Positions 1 through 11,316 of a DNA stretch of 64,000 bases are shown in pieces. The position numbers were made by a program, and so were the translations under genes. Source of the DNA: Azolla caroliniana (Eukaryota > Plantae > Polypodiophyta); the NCBI GenBank assembly GCA_043228905.1, contig JBHGNT010000065.1, forward strand, positions 76,911 to 140,910. The letters are read 5' to 3'. Position 1 is the stretch's first letter. The number at the start of each line of letters is the position of its first letter. A model generated the notes under the pieces. The model was given only the letters and a program-made list of their open reading frames with translations. It was not told the DNA's origin and ran no database searches.

Positions 1-10
1 GAACCGCCTT

Positions 11-42
<32 letters not shown>

Positions 43-116
43 ATGAAGCCGCACGGTTCAACGCCAAGGAATAAAGGCAAAGTAACCGGCCGGCTCGTAA
101 GTAATTATTTAATTTC

Positions 117-189
117 AGGAGAATAGTTCCAATGGTAGAACAATGGTCTCCAAAACCAAAGGTTAAGGGTTCGAATCCCTTTTCTCCTG
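117..189 (+). tRNA. trnW-CCA: tRNA-Trp(CCA), native mitochondrial type
   Basis: Acceptor AGGAGAA/TTCTCCT, anticodon loop CTCCAAA, T arm AAGGG-TTCGAAT-CCCTT. Confidence 0.93.
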
Positions 190-943
190 ATTACCTGGCT
201 TGGTACGAAGAGGTTGCGGGTCTCTTTACCTTGTTTTATCACCGGAATAGTCGAGACGACCTAGAATAGGCCTCTCTCCAAGTCCATACATGTCTATTGC
301 CAGGGTTCTTCCTCATCCATAATACTCTGCTTTCCAGATCTCGAGGATGTTGGAGTAGAACAGGCGGCATATAATTCAAAAGAACCATCGGTATCAGTAC
401 CGATGCCGTACATGGTACTATTATGTATGTATGTATGTTAGGATACGCATCAGAGTAAAATGACGTAGCTTCGCCACTATCTAGTTGGATTTCCATTGAA
501 ACATTACCAAATTAGATTTTCCGCACCTATTTCTTTCAGAACAGCTAGCCAAGTCAGACCTTGGGCCTATCTCTATAGGTTGGTTTTTCAGATCCCATCA
601 CTCCAGGCTCAGTCGATCTTGGATCTTGCTCAATAGATCATATCTTTGGTATCTCACTGCCTGCGGTTCATCGCTGAAGGCGTTTGTTTAACTGTCTGTG
701 CGGGGTCCATCGCTTCGCCTAGTCCTTGCACATGGTAGCACTTGGTTGCACTCATTCCTTCTTCGCATGGCTTAATGCATGCAAGAAGTATCCGTTCCGT
801 AAAGGCAACGTTTCTCCAAGAAAGAAGAGCGAGGCATGCGGCGTTGCCGATGAAAGGCGGCGATGCCTTCCAAGCCGAGTGAGAAGAATGACTCAGACAA
901 GAAGGCTATGAATGAGCAATGCTTTGAATGCCGCCTTAGGATC

Positions 944-1015
944 CTGGAGTAAAAGGATTCGAACCTTTGCGTGTCGGTATCAAAAACCGATGCCTTACCG
1001 CTTGGCTATACTCCA
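944..1015 (-). tRNA. trnQ-UUG: tRNA-Gln(UUG)
   Basis: Minus strand TGGAGTATAGCCAAGCGGTAAGGCATCGGTTTTTGATACCGA...GGTTCGAATCCTTTTACTCCAG. Confidence 0.93.
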
Positions 1016-1118
1016 TACAGTGGTAACCAAGGAAGAGAAGCAAAGCTCAGAGAACGGAATTTGCTTGCTGGGCGCAGCAAAGTAGTGAAAGACTGGCGAG
1101 TTAGGTATGGCAAGTAAA

Positions 1119-1192
1119 TAGGCTTAGTAGGGCTCGAACCTACAATATTACCGTTATGAGCGGTACGTTTCAACCAATTAAACTATAAGCCC
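1119..1192 (-). tRNA. trnI-CAU: tRNA-Ile(CAU, lysidine type)
   Basis: Minus strand GGGCTTATAGTTTAATTGGTTGAAACGTACCGCTCATAACGGT..., the plant mitochondrial trnI-CAU pattern. Confidence 0.88.
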
Positions 1193-2924
1193 ACTGCTGG
1201 CTGGCTGGCTGGCTGTTAGCCCTCTCAAGTAATGGAGTCGATGGATCTGTTGAGGGCAAAGCAGCCATATTTTTCTCCTTGAAAGATTAAGGACATAAAC
1301 TTTTCAAATAGCTACACCTGGTTCTGGACCGATTGATGTGGATACAGAAGAGCAGGATGTGCTACCCATCATGGATAGCATAGTTCGAGCAACACTGAAC
1401 TGAAAGGTATGACTGAAGTGTAATCGTTTTGTTGGCAGGCAAATAGACGACATATTCCTAGGGGGTTTTTTACCGATGCAGCACGCACGAAAAAATCGAC
1501 TCGACTTTTCTTCGATGATTTAGACAGAGATTTCACCACCTACCACGAGTGGAATGGCAAGGTTCTGCCAGGACACCCAGCGGCAAGACAACCGTGAAAG
1601 GAAAGGCAGGGCCAAAGGATTATCATCCATCTCAGCCAGCGCGGAAAGAAAAGAAAAGAAGAGCTCTGCTTGCTCTTTTTGACAATAATTTCGCTACTCC
1701 AGTCATGGGCAGCATTATTACATGCATAGGGCGGACCCGAGCTCTTTTCGCTGCAGTTTTCCCTACGGCTTTCCTCCCCTCCTTTGGAAGTGTCAGCTAA
1801 CTCCTGGAATCCCCCTTTCCCTCCTTCTAAGAAAACCATGCTCGGTTAGATCAGTGTGGACTGATGTTTCGTTCCACTGCTGCTGGAAAAGCCGCCAAAT
1901 TCGTCACTGACTGGAGAGCGGGAACGACTCACTATCTCGTCTTATTCTCAGAGGCGAGAATGCTCTCAAATGGCTAACGGTGCTTTCAACTAAAGTTCCA
2001 TTTCTTAACACAGCGAGGCTTATACTGTTTATTCGTACGACAATGCGCGACGCTCCACTATCCCATTGAAAAAGGATTCCGCAATCATTTACGTACTTAA
2101 ACGCAGACTGAGTAATAGTAATTCATGCCATTCCTCGGGCTCAGACCACAGAGCTTCCTAGGAACTGGGAAAATGCTATAAATCTGTTTAAATAGCTTCG
2201 CTTTTTGCCCTAAAAGTCGCTCTGAAAATGTCACTTAGAGTGTTTTGACTAAGGGAAACAAAACCCACTAGACGAACAGCTACTAATATTTCCTCATTAT
2301 ATATTATTATTCATTCCAAACTCAAAACGCTAGAAATTGAAATAGCAAATAAAATCAATTCGCGCGTAAATCGTACTTATATTCTGTTGCTCTTCCTTGT
2401 CTGTTCTCGATATTCATGGCAGTTTCTTGGCCTTCATGCAGGCAAGCAAAAGGGCGGGCGCCACCAGCATGCATTTCTGGACTCGTGCCCGAAGAAAAGA
2501 AGCGGGCGGTAAGAAGCGGTTTTCATCATCCGGCGGGAGTGAAAAGAAAAGTTAGGTCGGGAGGTAGTGCACGCTCGCTGGTCCTGATATCAAAATTCTC
2601 GCCTTCGTGCCGTGTGTGTCTGGTTTCAATGAATTCCGCATGAAGGGGTGCGTGCGCGCAGGCAACAAGCCTGCCCTGGCAATTCCGGCCATAATCTGCG
2701 TGCGGTTTTCATCATCATGAAGGCCTTCATGATGAAAAAGGGGTTGGCGGGTTTGATGAACCGGTTGGTTTTCATCCGGATGAACCGGTTGGTTTTCATC
2801 CGGATGAACCGGCGGGTTAGCTTGCCCGTGAGGGCAGGCAGCTCTTTGTCCGCACGTATGTCGCCCGGGGAACCGGGCGGGGGATCTGCTGGATTTCTAT
2901 CTAATGTGCCAATCTGTATACGAA

Positions 2925-2997
2925 TGGAGACGATCGGACTTGAACCGATAACTTCATACTTGCAAAACATGCGTTCTACCGATTGAACTACGCCCCC
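2925..2997 (-). tRNA. trnA-UGC: tRNA-Ala(UGC)
   Basis: Cloverleaf with acceptor GGGGGCG/CGTCTCC including G3:U70, anticodon loop TTTGCAA. Confidence 0.92.
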
Positions 2998-3037
2998 ATC
3001 CTCGTTCCATATGCAACACGTATCATATGGGCAAACA

Positions 3038-3082
<45 letters not shown>

Positions 3083-6000
3083 GCGGGAGGAGCTATTGTT
3101 TATACGTGCGTGCGTGCGTGCGTGCGTGCGTGCCCCCCTTTCTTCTTTTTACAGAGTTTAGGCTTTATCTAAGACATCCCGTCCTGTCGAAACTATGTCA
3201 TACATAAAGGTGTGTCGTTGGCAGGTTCACTTTTGGTTTACCACTTCGATCGTATCGGCGCTAGAGAGAAGTCGCTTTCTCGAGAGCCGGCTACCTCATC
3301 ATCTTGAAACTTCATTCCGCTCCTCTGGCCGCCTTACCCTGTTCTCTGCAAGAACCCCAAGGAGACGGGTTGTTGATTGCGCTTGCTTGATTGGCACCTC
3401 TAGTACGACACATCTTTCAGAATACGAGCGAATGCTCGGATCAGTAGATTCGAGCTCCTTATTCAGGAGTTGAGAAGTACGCAGGGCGGGCCTGCCGCTC
3501 GGCTATGACCTCGTTTCTTGAGCTAGAGGGGAATTTCACGAAATGGGTTGGCAAGAGCAGCAGACAGCAACTCGTATCACTCTCGTAATTCAGAGAAGAG
3601 AAAATGGGATTCGAACCCTCAACTTTTGCTCTTAGAGATCATTATTCCGGGAACCACTCTCCCAAACTAAATAGTTATTTCCCTACGTAGGAAAGTTCCA
3701 ATGCGGGGTCTGGATCCAGTCGAGGCGCCGAGAGCCGCAGGCGTACCGCGTATTCTATTTACCAGTTTCTCCGGAAGGTCATGTCTGGGAACTTTGACTT
3801 GATAGTGTAGTGTGACGAGGCGAGAATTCTCGCTTTCCAAGAGAGAGTTGGTCAAACCCAACCCTAATTGCTCGGATAGCAACCAATGCACATTGCTGAG
3901 TGATAAGGTGGTTTTCCATGCTTGCTGCGAAGAGGCTTGCTTTCCTGAAAAAGCCGCTGTATACAGTGATTCTCAGACCACGCAGTATCAAAAGCTCTAT
4001 CAGATATGTATAAGAAGACCCTGTTTGAGTCATTGGGTCATCCGCTGGTTCATCCTGAGTTCCTGTTCAAGAACCTTATAGCGGAGCTATATTCTCACTG
4101 TACGACAATAGAACCCTAGCGCTACTAAAGACCATCAAGGTGGTAGATGACATTAAGATGCAGTATAGTATTATGCGGGTACATCGAAACAGCAGCAGAG
4201 CCAAGGGAGTATCTTGAAAAGCAGCTGGGCTTCAAGGCCCCTAAAGAAGAGATATATAACGCGTATCATTGGGTGCCGCAAGAAAAGAAAAGAAAAGAAA
4301 AGAAGGGGATCCTATTCCTTCCTGTTGAGCACTCCTTTTTCTTGAAGAAGTGGAAAGAGAGGTTGTCCCCCCATTGTAGGAGCGAAGAAAGCTAGTAATT
4401 TTCACGCACGAAGGAAAGTCCTAGTAGATCACTACAATGTCGTAGTGACATCTTTGTGTGGGTTTGTAATCGATAAAGTGTACGGTAATTTCGATTACTT
4501 TAAACAAGCCATAAATCTTAAGATGAAACAGTGCTGCTTTCAAATTACATGTAGCGACGACAGAGCCGCTGGAGAGGAGAGGAGAGGAGAGGAGAGGAGA
4601 GGAGAAAACTATGCGTTGACATAAATTAGAAATCACTATTAAAATATTTTCGTGGTCTTATCTACCACTTAGGGATCCTTCAGGCCGGCCGGAGTTCACT
4701 ATACTCCGGTCACCTATTATTTTCTTTCGAGAACCAGTCCAAGCAACCTAGATATGTTTGCTATTAATTGCTGTAGTTTATTTGATCTTCAATTTTGTTG
4801 GTTGTTGGGCATAAGTACAATACCCACGCCGAAAGTTCACGCTAACTTGCGTCCTGGACATATCGTCACGTGCTGAGATATTAAAAGAAGAGTCGGATAT
4901 TGAATCATTCGGCCCTTTCTTGTGCAATCTGTCGTCTTGGCAGGATGGAGGCCTTGGACCTAGTATTTGAAAGTTTAAGGCTGTTTATTCTGTCTTTTCA
5001 GACATCATTAGGGCACTGGAAAGGGTAGTACTTGATATACGCCAGATACCGATGGTTACTGGTTCCAGTCCTCGGCTGTTCCAGACTTCGGGGCCTAATG
5101 CCTAAGGAGGACTTGGTTCACTAGCTTTTCTTCAGGAAAATCTGGTTAGCTCGTCGAAAGACGCTAGGGGGCTCATGTCGCTACTTTTTGAACCTAGAAG
5201 CTGGTGGCCAGGTAGTTGCGAGCTGTTACGGCCGTCGGAATCTTTTTCTGACTTTTTGATTCGTAACGCCTTAAATCTCTAAATTTAGTTTAAGGAAGAA
5301 GAAGAAGAAGAAGAAGAAGAGGTTGGGCAGAAAGCAGCTTGAGCCTGTTGGTTTTTAGCTATTCGGCGTACAAATAGGCAGTGCGTGGATAGAATTGTTG
5401 TCAAAGGACTTCAACAACAACAAGGTGCCTCGATCTCCGGAATGCCCTTATTTATTATAGGGCGTAAATAGAATAAATAGGTGGGAAACTCTCCCAGCAG
5501 CCCAGGCAAGGATCTCTCTCTCTTTTCCTAGTACCGTTATTTCCCTTCAGGTAAGGTATTCCAGAGGTATTCCGTTAGAAAGACAATCCATTTTTTATGT
5601 GATGTGACACATGATTTTTCTCATTAATTATGAAACACTCGATTCCTCTGTTATTACTTCATTTCCCACGACTATCTGTCATATTTCCCTTGATTACAAA
5701 CCTATTCTTTGCTTAGCATTTAAGAGAATGTGAGATACCACCTTTCAATACAATAATTGTACAGGTTAGAGTATAAGGACAAAAATCATTTACCAATGTA
5801 GGTAAAGTGACCGCCTCAAATCAAAAAGGTATGATGATGAAACTTACTAAAATTATTTACCAAAAAAGAAACCACCATGTAATGTAAGGTGCGATACGTA
5901 ACGGCAGACGGCGTTGCAACGAACCAATAAGCTAAGCGTGGCAGATTTGTTTGCAATATAGAAAAGAACGGTTTGGTGACGAAACCAAACCGTTTCTCTT

Positions 6001-6844
6001 TCCATGTCAATGAAGGTTTATTGCATCATTCAAATGAATACGAATCGGGATTATAGGGACATAAGCTTATAAAATAACTACACCTGATTCTAAACCAGTT
6101 GATGCAAATACGATCGAAAGAAGAGCGAGATGTGCTAATAGCAAGATACCCCTCATGGATAGCATGGTCCGAGCAAAGCCACTCGAAATCTTGACTGAAC
6201 TATAACCAGCCATCATATTAGCAAATAAACATATTCCTAAGCTTAGTGCACGAAAACGATAGAGGATTAACTCCGAAAATACTGGGAAAGGCGCTAACGG
6301 TGGAGGTACACCCGGCAGTAATAAGAGACTGAAAGGATGAGGCCCATGTGTTTAAGACCCCACTACGATAGTTCCAAGAGAAAGAGAGAATAGAGAACCC
6401 AAAATAATAATAGAATGACTTATTACCATAAAACTATAAAGTACCATACCTTACAAATTACGAAATAATGGAAAGGTAAAAGTAACGAGGATCGGGAGAG
6501 AAGACTATTATTTCGAAACGCCACTAATTTATTCGTTCACTAGATTGGGCACGAAATCATAAGTCATCTCCACTAGGGATTACCAAGCATTCAGTACTAA
6601 GTGTCCTCCATTCGAGGTCACCAAGTGAACTAGGAGCGGGATTAAACTGGTAGTGGGTGACATAGATGGAGAGGAATTGATAAATAAAAGATACGGATTT
6701 CCTATATGGATGGAAATCGATAGAATAATGGCAGGTTATTCCGGTAGACTGTAAGCCGTGATGAATTGAAGGGTTTTGTTCCAACATGCATGAAAGAGGG
6801 TTGTTCTTAACGTTTATCAATTTTTCGGACTAGCTCTGTTGAAG

Positions 6845-7027
6845 AGCTCGTATGAGAGTTGGCTCAACCTAGCCCCAACAATGGCAGAATATTTCCGAGA
6901 TGTCAACGAGCAAGCTGTACCTTTATTCATTGACAACATCTTCCGCTTCGCCCAAAATCGCGGAATCAGAAGTCTCTGCTTTCTTTTTGGCAGGTAGAAT
7001 GCCGATGAAAACCGCTTCTTCGGCCGT

Positions 7028-7060
<33 letters not shown>

Positions 7061-7250
7061 CGTGGGTTATCAACTGGTTCTTCCCGGCCGGCCAGGTCTC
7101 TATAGGAAAGAATTCCAGATCAATAACTTCCATTCAAGCGCACCTGCGGATGATCTGACTGACCTAGCCCCCGCTACAACCATTTGCACACCTAGATGCT
7201 ACTACTGCGCCGCTTTCGAGAAGATTAGCAGAAGAATATCTATGCGGCCC
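6845..7250 (+). pseudogene. atpB: Plastid-derived atpB fragment, frameshifted, with repeat-module insertions
   Basis: Reads [66 protein letters not shown] across frames. Confidence 0.9.
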
Positions 7251-7961
7251 ATTCATTCGTCTTCATGAGGCGGTGAGGGCCAAAAAAAAAGCCAAGACAG
7301 CTTCGGAGCGAACTCTGTTACCAGAGCCGAGAACAGCTTTAGACAATTCCGTCAGGCACCACGAAGGGCTGGCTTGAGAAGTATCGCAAGACTTGACTTT
7401 CTGCGCCCTACTCTCAATGAGTCAAACTCTCCGTATCCATTACTCTTTTACAATCGATTATTTGATAGATCTGGAATGTGATGAGATACACTCTAATCAT
7501 CTCATAGGACCGCCCCGATGAAAACCAGCAGACCTAATCACCTTACGATGGTTAGCGGAATTCTCTCTCGGTAAATTGGGTCAATGAGACCATCGGCGTT
7601 CGTTTCAGAATCGGATAGTTACACGTCCCACATCCACTAGTCGCCGGGCCACCGAACATTGCTTCAACCATAAGGCAGCCAGAAAATTGGACCTTTAGTT
7701 TAGTTAGGTTTTCATCGCTTTCCGCACGCCTGGTAGAAAGCGGGTCGACCTTCCCCCCATTTACTTTATTTCATAGAAGCAATAGCGGCATGTATAGTGC
7801 TCGGTCTATCTAATTTGTATCGGAACGAAAGCAGCAGCAATGAACCGCTTCATCCGCGAGTCTTCCATCGACAAAGGACTGGCTCTGGCTCACGACGAAT
7901 GCAAGCTGGAAAACACGGAACTCGGTACTTGGTTAGTGAAACCATGCATGAAAAATCAAGT

Positions 7962-8034
7962 TACCTACTACTGGATTCGAACCAATGACTTTCGCCGTAT
8001 GAAAGCGATACTCTAACCCCTGAGTTAAGTAGGT
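7962..8034 (-). tRNA. trnM-CAU: tRNA-Met(CAU), plastid-derived elongator type
   Basis: Minus strand ACCTACTTAACTCAG...TCGCTTTCATACGGCGA...AGTAGGTA matches plastid trnM. It lies downstream of and opposite to atpB, as in plastomes. Confidence 0.9.
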
Positions 8035-8541
8035 TGGGCAGTTTCATAGCAGCCAGCCCGTTTCATCGAGCCTCGGAAGTCAAGGCGGCCATTCTATCTA
8101 CAAGATTTTCTGTCAATTCCTGCAGACTGTTCAAGGAAACTCGTGGGGTGGGTTCCTGCTTTCCCTCAATGCCGAGCTGCTCTTTACGGCCCGGTAAGAA
8201 TTCAATAAATTGAGTAGTTGCACCTGCTGGTATAATAAGATATCCGTCTGAACTCCTACATCAATACCATCCATGTCGGTCTGGGTCGCAACATCAATAA
8301 CATCATCCACACCTTGATCCTTACTACCTTTCTCAAGAGGTTGGTTGTCGGCAACGTCGTTGTCAGAGGCCTATCAAGTGACATTATTTCATTGACTACT
8401 TTTTTCCGCCGCTAACGGCCAACGAAAGAAAGAACTGCCATAAATATCAAGAACAGACCTTGTGTTGGCAAAGAAAGCCAACGCAAGTCCCTCTAATGCT
8501 GCTTTGAAGGCATTTTCTTGAAACCTATCTTAGTTGACGAA

Positions 8542-8799
8542 ACGAAGCCGTATATCCTTCGTCTCCTAGCTAAAATCTTTGGAATCATCATATTACTTTT
8601 ACCAGGAGTAGTCTTTCCAGTGTCAGTCGAACGTAAAGTCATGGCTTCCATGTAACGTTGAAAGGGTCTTAATGTGGTGGGATCATCTGGGTTGTTATAA
8701 CTCTTAGCGGATGGTTTGAAATCAATTTTAAAAGAACCTATTCCACCTCCAAGTGCTAATTTCTTTCTTTCTGTAATGGTTCTGGTAATTACATCTACG
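8542..8799 (+). CDS. nad1: NADH dehydrogenase subunit 1, exon 1 (258 nt; ACG start needs C-to-U)
   Basis: Reads ..[35 protein letters not shown], exactly 258 nt, followed by GTGCG. Confidence 0.93.
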
Positions 8800-9549
8800 G
8801 TGCGCCGTGCGAGGCTCGTTTTCTTTCCGGAAGAATACCCTTCTACAACCAACATAGATGTTTGACTTGGAAGTATATACGGCGGGCCAATACAACATCT
8901 TGGGCTAATAATCCATCGAGTTCGCGAGCAGTTAGTCGGAAAGGGGCGAAGCCGGGCAAAGCGGTTTCCCCGGTCCCCGAAGGAAGGACGGCTTAGCCCT
9001 CCTCGGTGGTGTCTCTCAGCTGATGCGAGAAAGGTTAGATTGACTCACTTGGTACGTACCTACTGCCTGAGTAAGGGCTACGTATCCCGAACAGAATACG
9101 TCAGTATGTGTGTGGCGGAGTAATCCAGGGCCCAGTTTGGGCGAAAGCCTTGACTTCCACATGAAGCGGTCAAGGTTGCCGGACAGCCAGCCACAAGTAA
9201 TTCCAGCATAGGAACTGACTTAAACAATCGAGCAGGTGCGCAAAGACCTGTAACCATTGGGTGCTCTGACGGGGCGAAGCAGGGAAGTGCGTAGCGCTTA
9301 CTCCGTCCTCGAAAGGCAAAGACACGAAAAGAGAGCAACCACGGGAAGTAACCGCTTCGCATTGTCTAGTAAACGATGCGCGGTCTCAGAGGTCGCATAG
9401 TAGCGAGGGAGGAATGCCAGAAACCTGGCCGAGCCGCGAAGGCAACTAGTCAGAACAAACCTTAGTTCAACGCGGCCAGTACGTATGCGGCCGGCCGGCG
9501 TTGAGAATAAGGAACAATTCTTCGAAACGGAAGGGACGGCAATACTCTC

Positions 9550-9586
<37 letters not shown>

Positions 9587-9664
9587 TTAAGGTGTTCCGA
9601 GTGAGAGCTGTATGACAAAAGATTGCCACGTACGGTTTGGAGGGCAGCATTGACTGACCCCTAT
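8800..9664 (+). other. nad1: Group II intron nad1i258g2 (cis)
   Basis: 5' GTGCG; domain V GAGCTGTATGACAAAAGATTGCCACGTACGGTTT; 3' end CCCCTAT. Confidence 0.9.
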
Positions 9665-9800
9665 TTAAGTTTGGTTGCTCGGGCTGTTACACTTTCTGAT
9701 TATGGTATGGTATTGTCGGATCCAAATGTAGGTACATTCTATCTATTTGCTATATCTTCTCCAGGGGTTTATGGGATTATTACAGTGGGTCGGTCTAGTA
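9665..9800 (+). CDS. nad1: nad1 exon 2 (136 nt)
   Basis: LSLVA(R>W)[26 protein letters not shown]; length fits CDS positions 259-394. Confidence 0.95.
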
Positions 9801-11316
9801 GGGCGGCCGTTCAGTCACCTGTGGTACTAAAGCAGCCAGCCCGGCCCGCCCATGTGGTCAAATTGTTTGTAGTGTGGAATGATCTGCTCTATACAGGGTG
9901 TAGGGCTCTTCGACAGAACTAGTAATAGGCTTGACTCGCGATTTGAAGGGTAGGGGGGGTTCTTGTGTAGGAGGCTAAAAGGGGATAGGGATACGTTCAA
10001 AGAAGTTCAGGAAGAAAGGAAGAGCATGCCGTAAAAGCATGGTTGAAGGTCGATCCTGTCTTCCCAGGGAGTACCTAACAACACCATGTGGAAGAACCAA
10101 CCTTGTGGATCAGGATGAGGTGCCGTCCTAGCGAATTGAAGTCTCCTTGGGTAGCCAACGACCTACAGTTATCCTTGTACCTCTGTGCCGAGCGAACGAC
10201 TGTACGCTGTCTTGTTTTCTGCCAGCTGGGATTGCTTGCCGGCCAGATCGGATTGGAGCAACCATTGCATGAAGGCACATTACCCATCCTCTTGGGGACA
10301 AGAGACTGAACGACATCCCGATTTACTGCATTCCAGGACATCTGGGATGAGAGCCGTAGGTGATACCGGCGAAACCCAGCCAGATTTTGTTCTGGCAGGT
10401 AGTCAGAGGACTCATAGTACCCGCCCCGAAAGGGGCCCCTCACGCACGCACGGGGAAGACGCTAGTTTTCAGGGAAGAGGAAAGTCTTTATTTCTTTTTC
10501 CACGTTGTTTTCTTCTAGCAGCAGGAAAGGAGTCTGGATGTCTGCCTAGCTTCGGCAGATTCTACTCAACGCAATCTGCAAACTCGAATCCCCGAAACCT
10601 GACTCAATGCGGAATAGAATTGATCGTCGTTTGGTGGATCTCCAGCAAGCAGTTTTAACTAAAAGAACAGGACATACCACAAAATTCAGAGAGAGAACAC
10701 GAAGCGATCGATCTGCTTACCGAGGGCTAAGGCTAGACCGCAGGACCTGGATTTATGACGTCCGGCCCGCTCCTCTCGAGTCCTGCCTGCTGGGAACGAA
10801 CCACGAGGACGACCGCCAAGAACGGGCGTACTCGAGGGGGGCCAGAACCAAGCCCAAACGGGACGGAAGGGTACGGAGCGAGGTATTATAAAGCATTGCT
10901 TTATGGCGGCCGAAGAAAAGAAAAGAAAAGAAAAGAAGCGGTTTTCATCATCATGCATGAAGGCGCGCGCGCGCGCCGGTTCATCATGAAGGCGCTGAGT
11001 CAGAATTTTCCACTCCGCTAAACTAAAGAGGACGACAGAGAAGCAGGAGACGACGAACCCCTGCAACTACGTCGGACCTCTCGGAGTGAAAAAGAAAGCC
11101 AGATGGTGGTAGACTATCACGTACGGCTTTGCCCTCCCCGCCAACCACGTGTCAATGTGCCTCTACGGAAGGAACATCGACGGGCGGGTTTCCCGGGCGA
11201 TCTAAAGCAAGTTGTTGGGGTAGAGAGCCGTATGCGCGGCGACGTGCTCGTATGGTTCGGAGAGGACTCAGCGTACACTGATCCTGTTGATTGGTGGAAA
11301 AGCAGCTTCACTCCTT
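9801..11316 (+). other. nad1: Group II intron nad1i394g2 (cis)
   Basis: 5' GGGCGGCCGTTC; domain V GAGCCGTATGCGCGGCGACGTGCTCGTATGGTTC near 11225..11258. Confidence 0.88.

Larger units (their letters stand above)
1..3971 (+). repeat. Terminal direct repeat / circular overlap, identical to 60030..64000 (period 60,029 bp)
   Basis: All ORFs recur at offset 60,029 (e.g. 239..496 = 60268..60525). Base 1 'gaaccgccttc' matches 60030 and the window end 'tacagtgatt' matches 3962..3971. Confidence 0.97.

Noticed and set aside
2755-2810. Repeated GATGAACCGGTTGGTTTTCATCCG as a CRISPR array
   Set aside because: These are head-to-tail tandem copies with no spacers and no cas genes, in an organellar context.
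3592-3665. tRNA-like 'gggattcgaaccctc'
   Set aside because: Only a T arm is recognisable, with no anticodon or D arm; at most a decayed plastid trnS.
8493-8855. 120-aa ORF on the minus strand (and IR copy 48855..49217)
   Set aside because: It is the antisense shadow of nad1 exon 1.
9298-9650. ORFs containing [24 protein letters not shown] or FPFLSFPF here and elsewhere
   Set aside because: They are translations of microsatellites.
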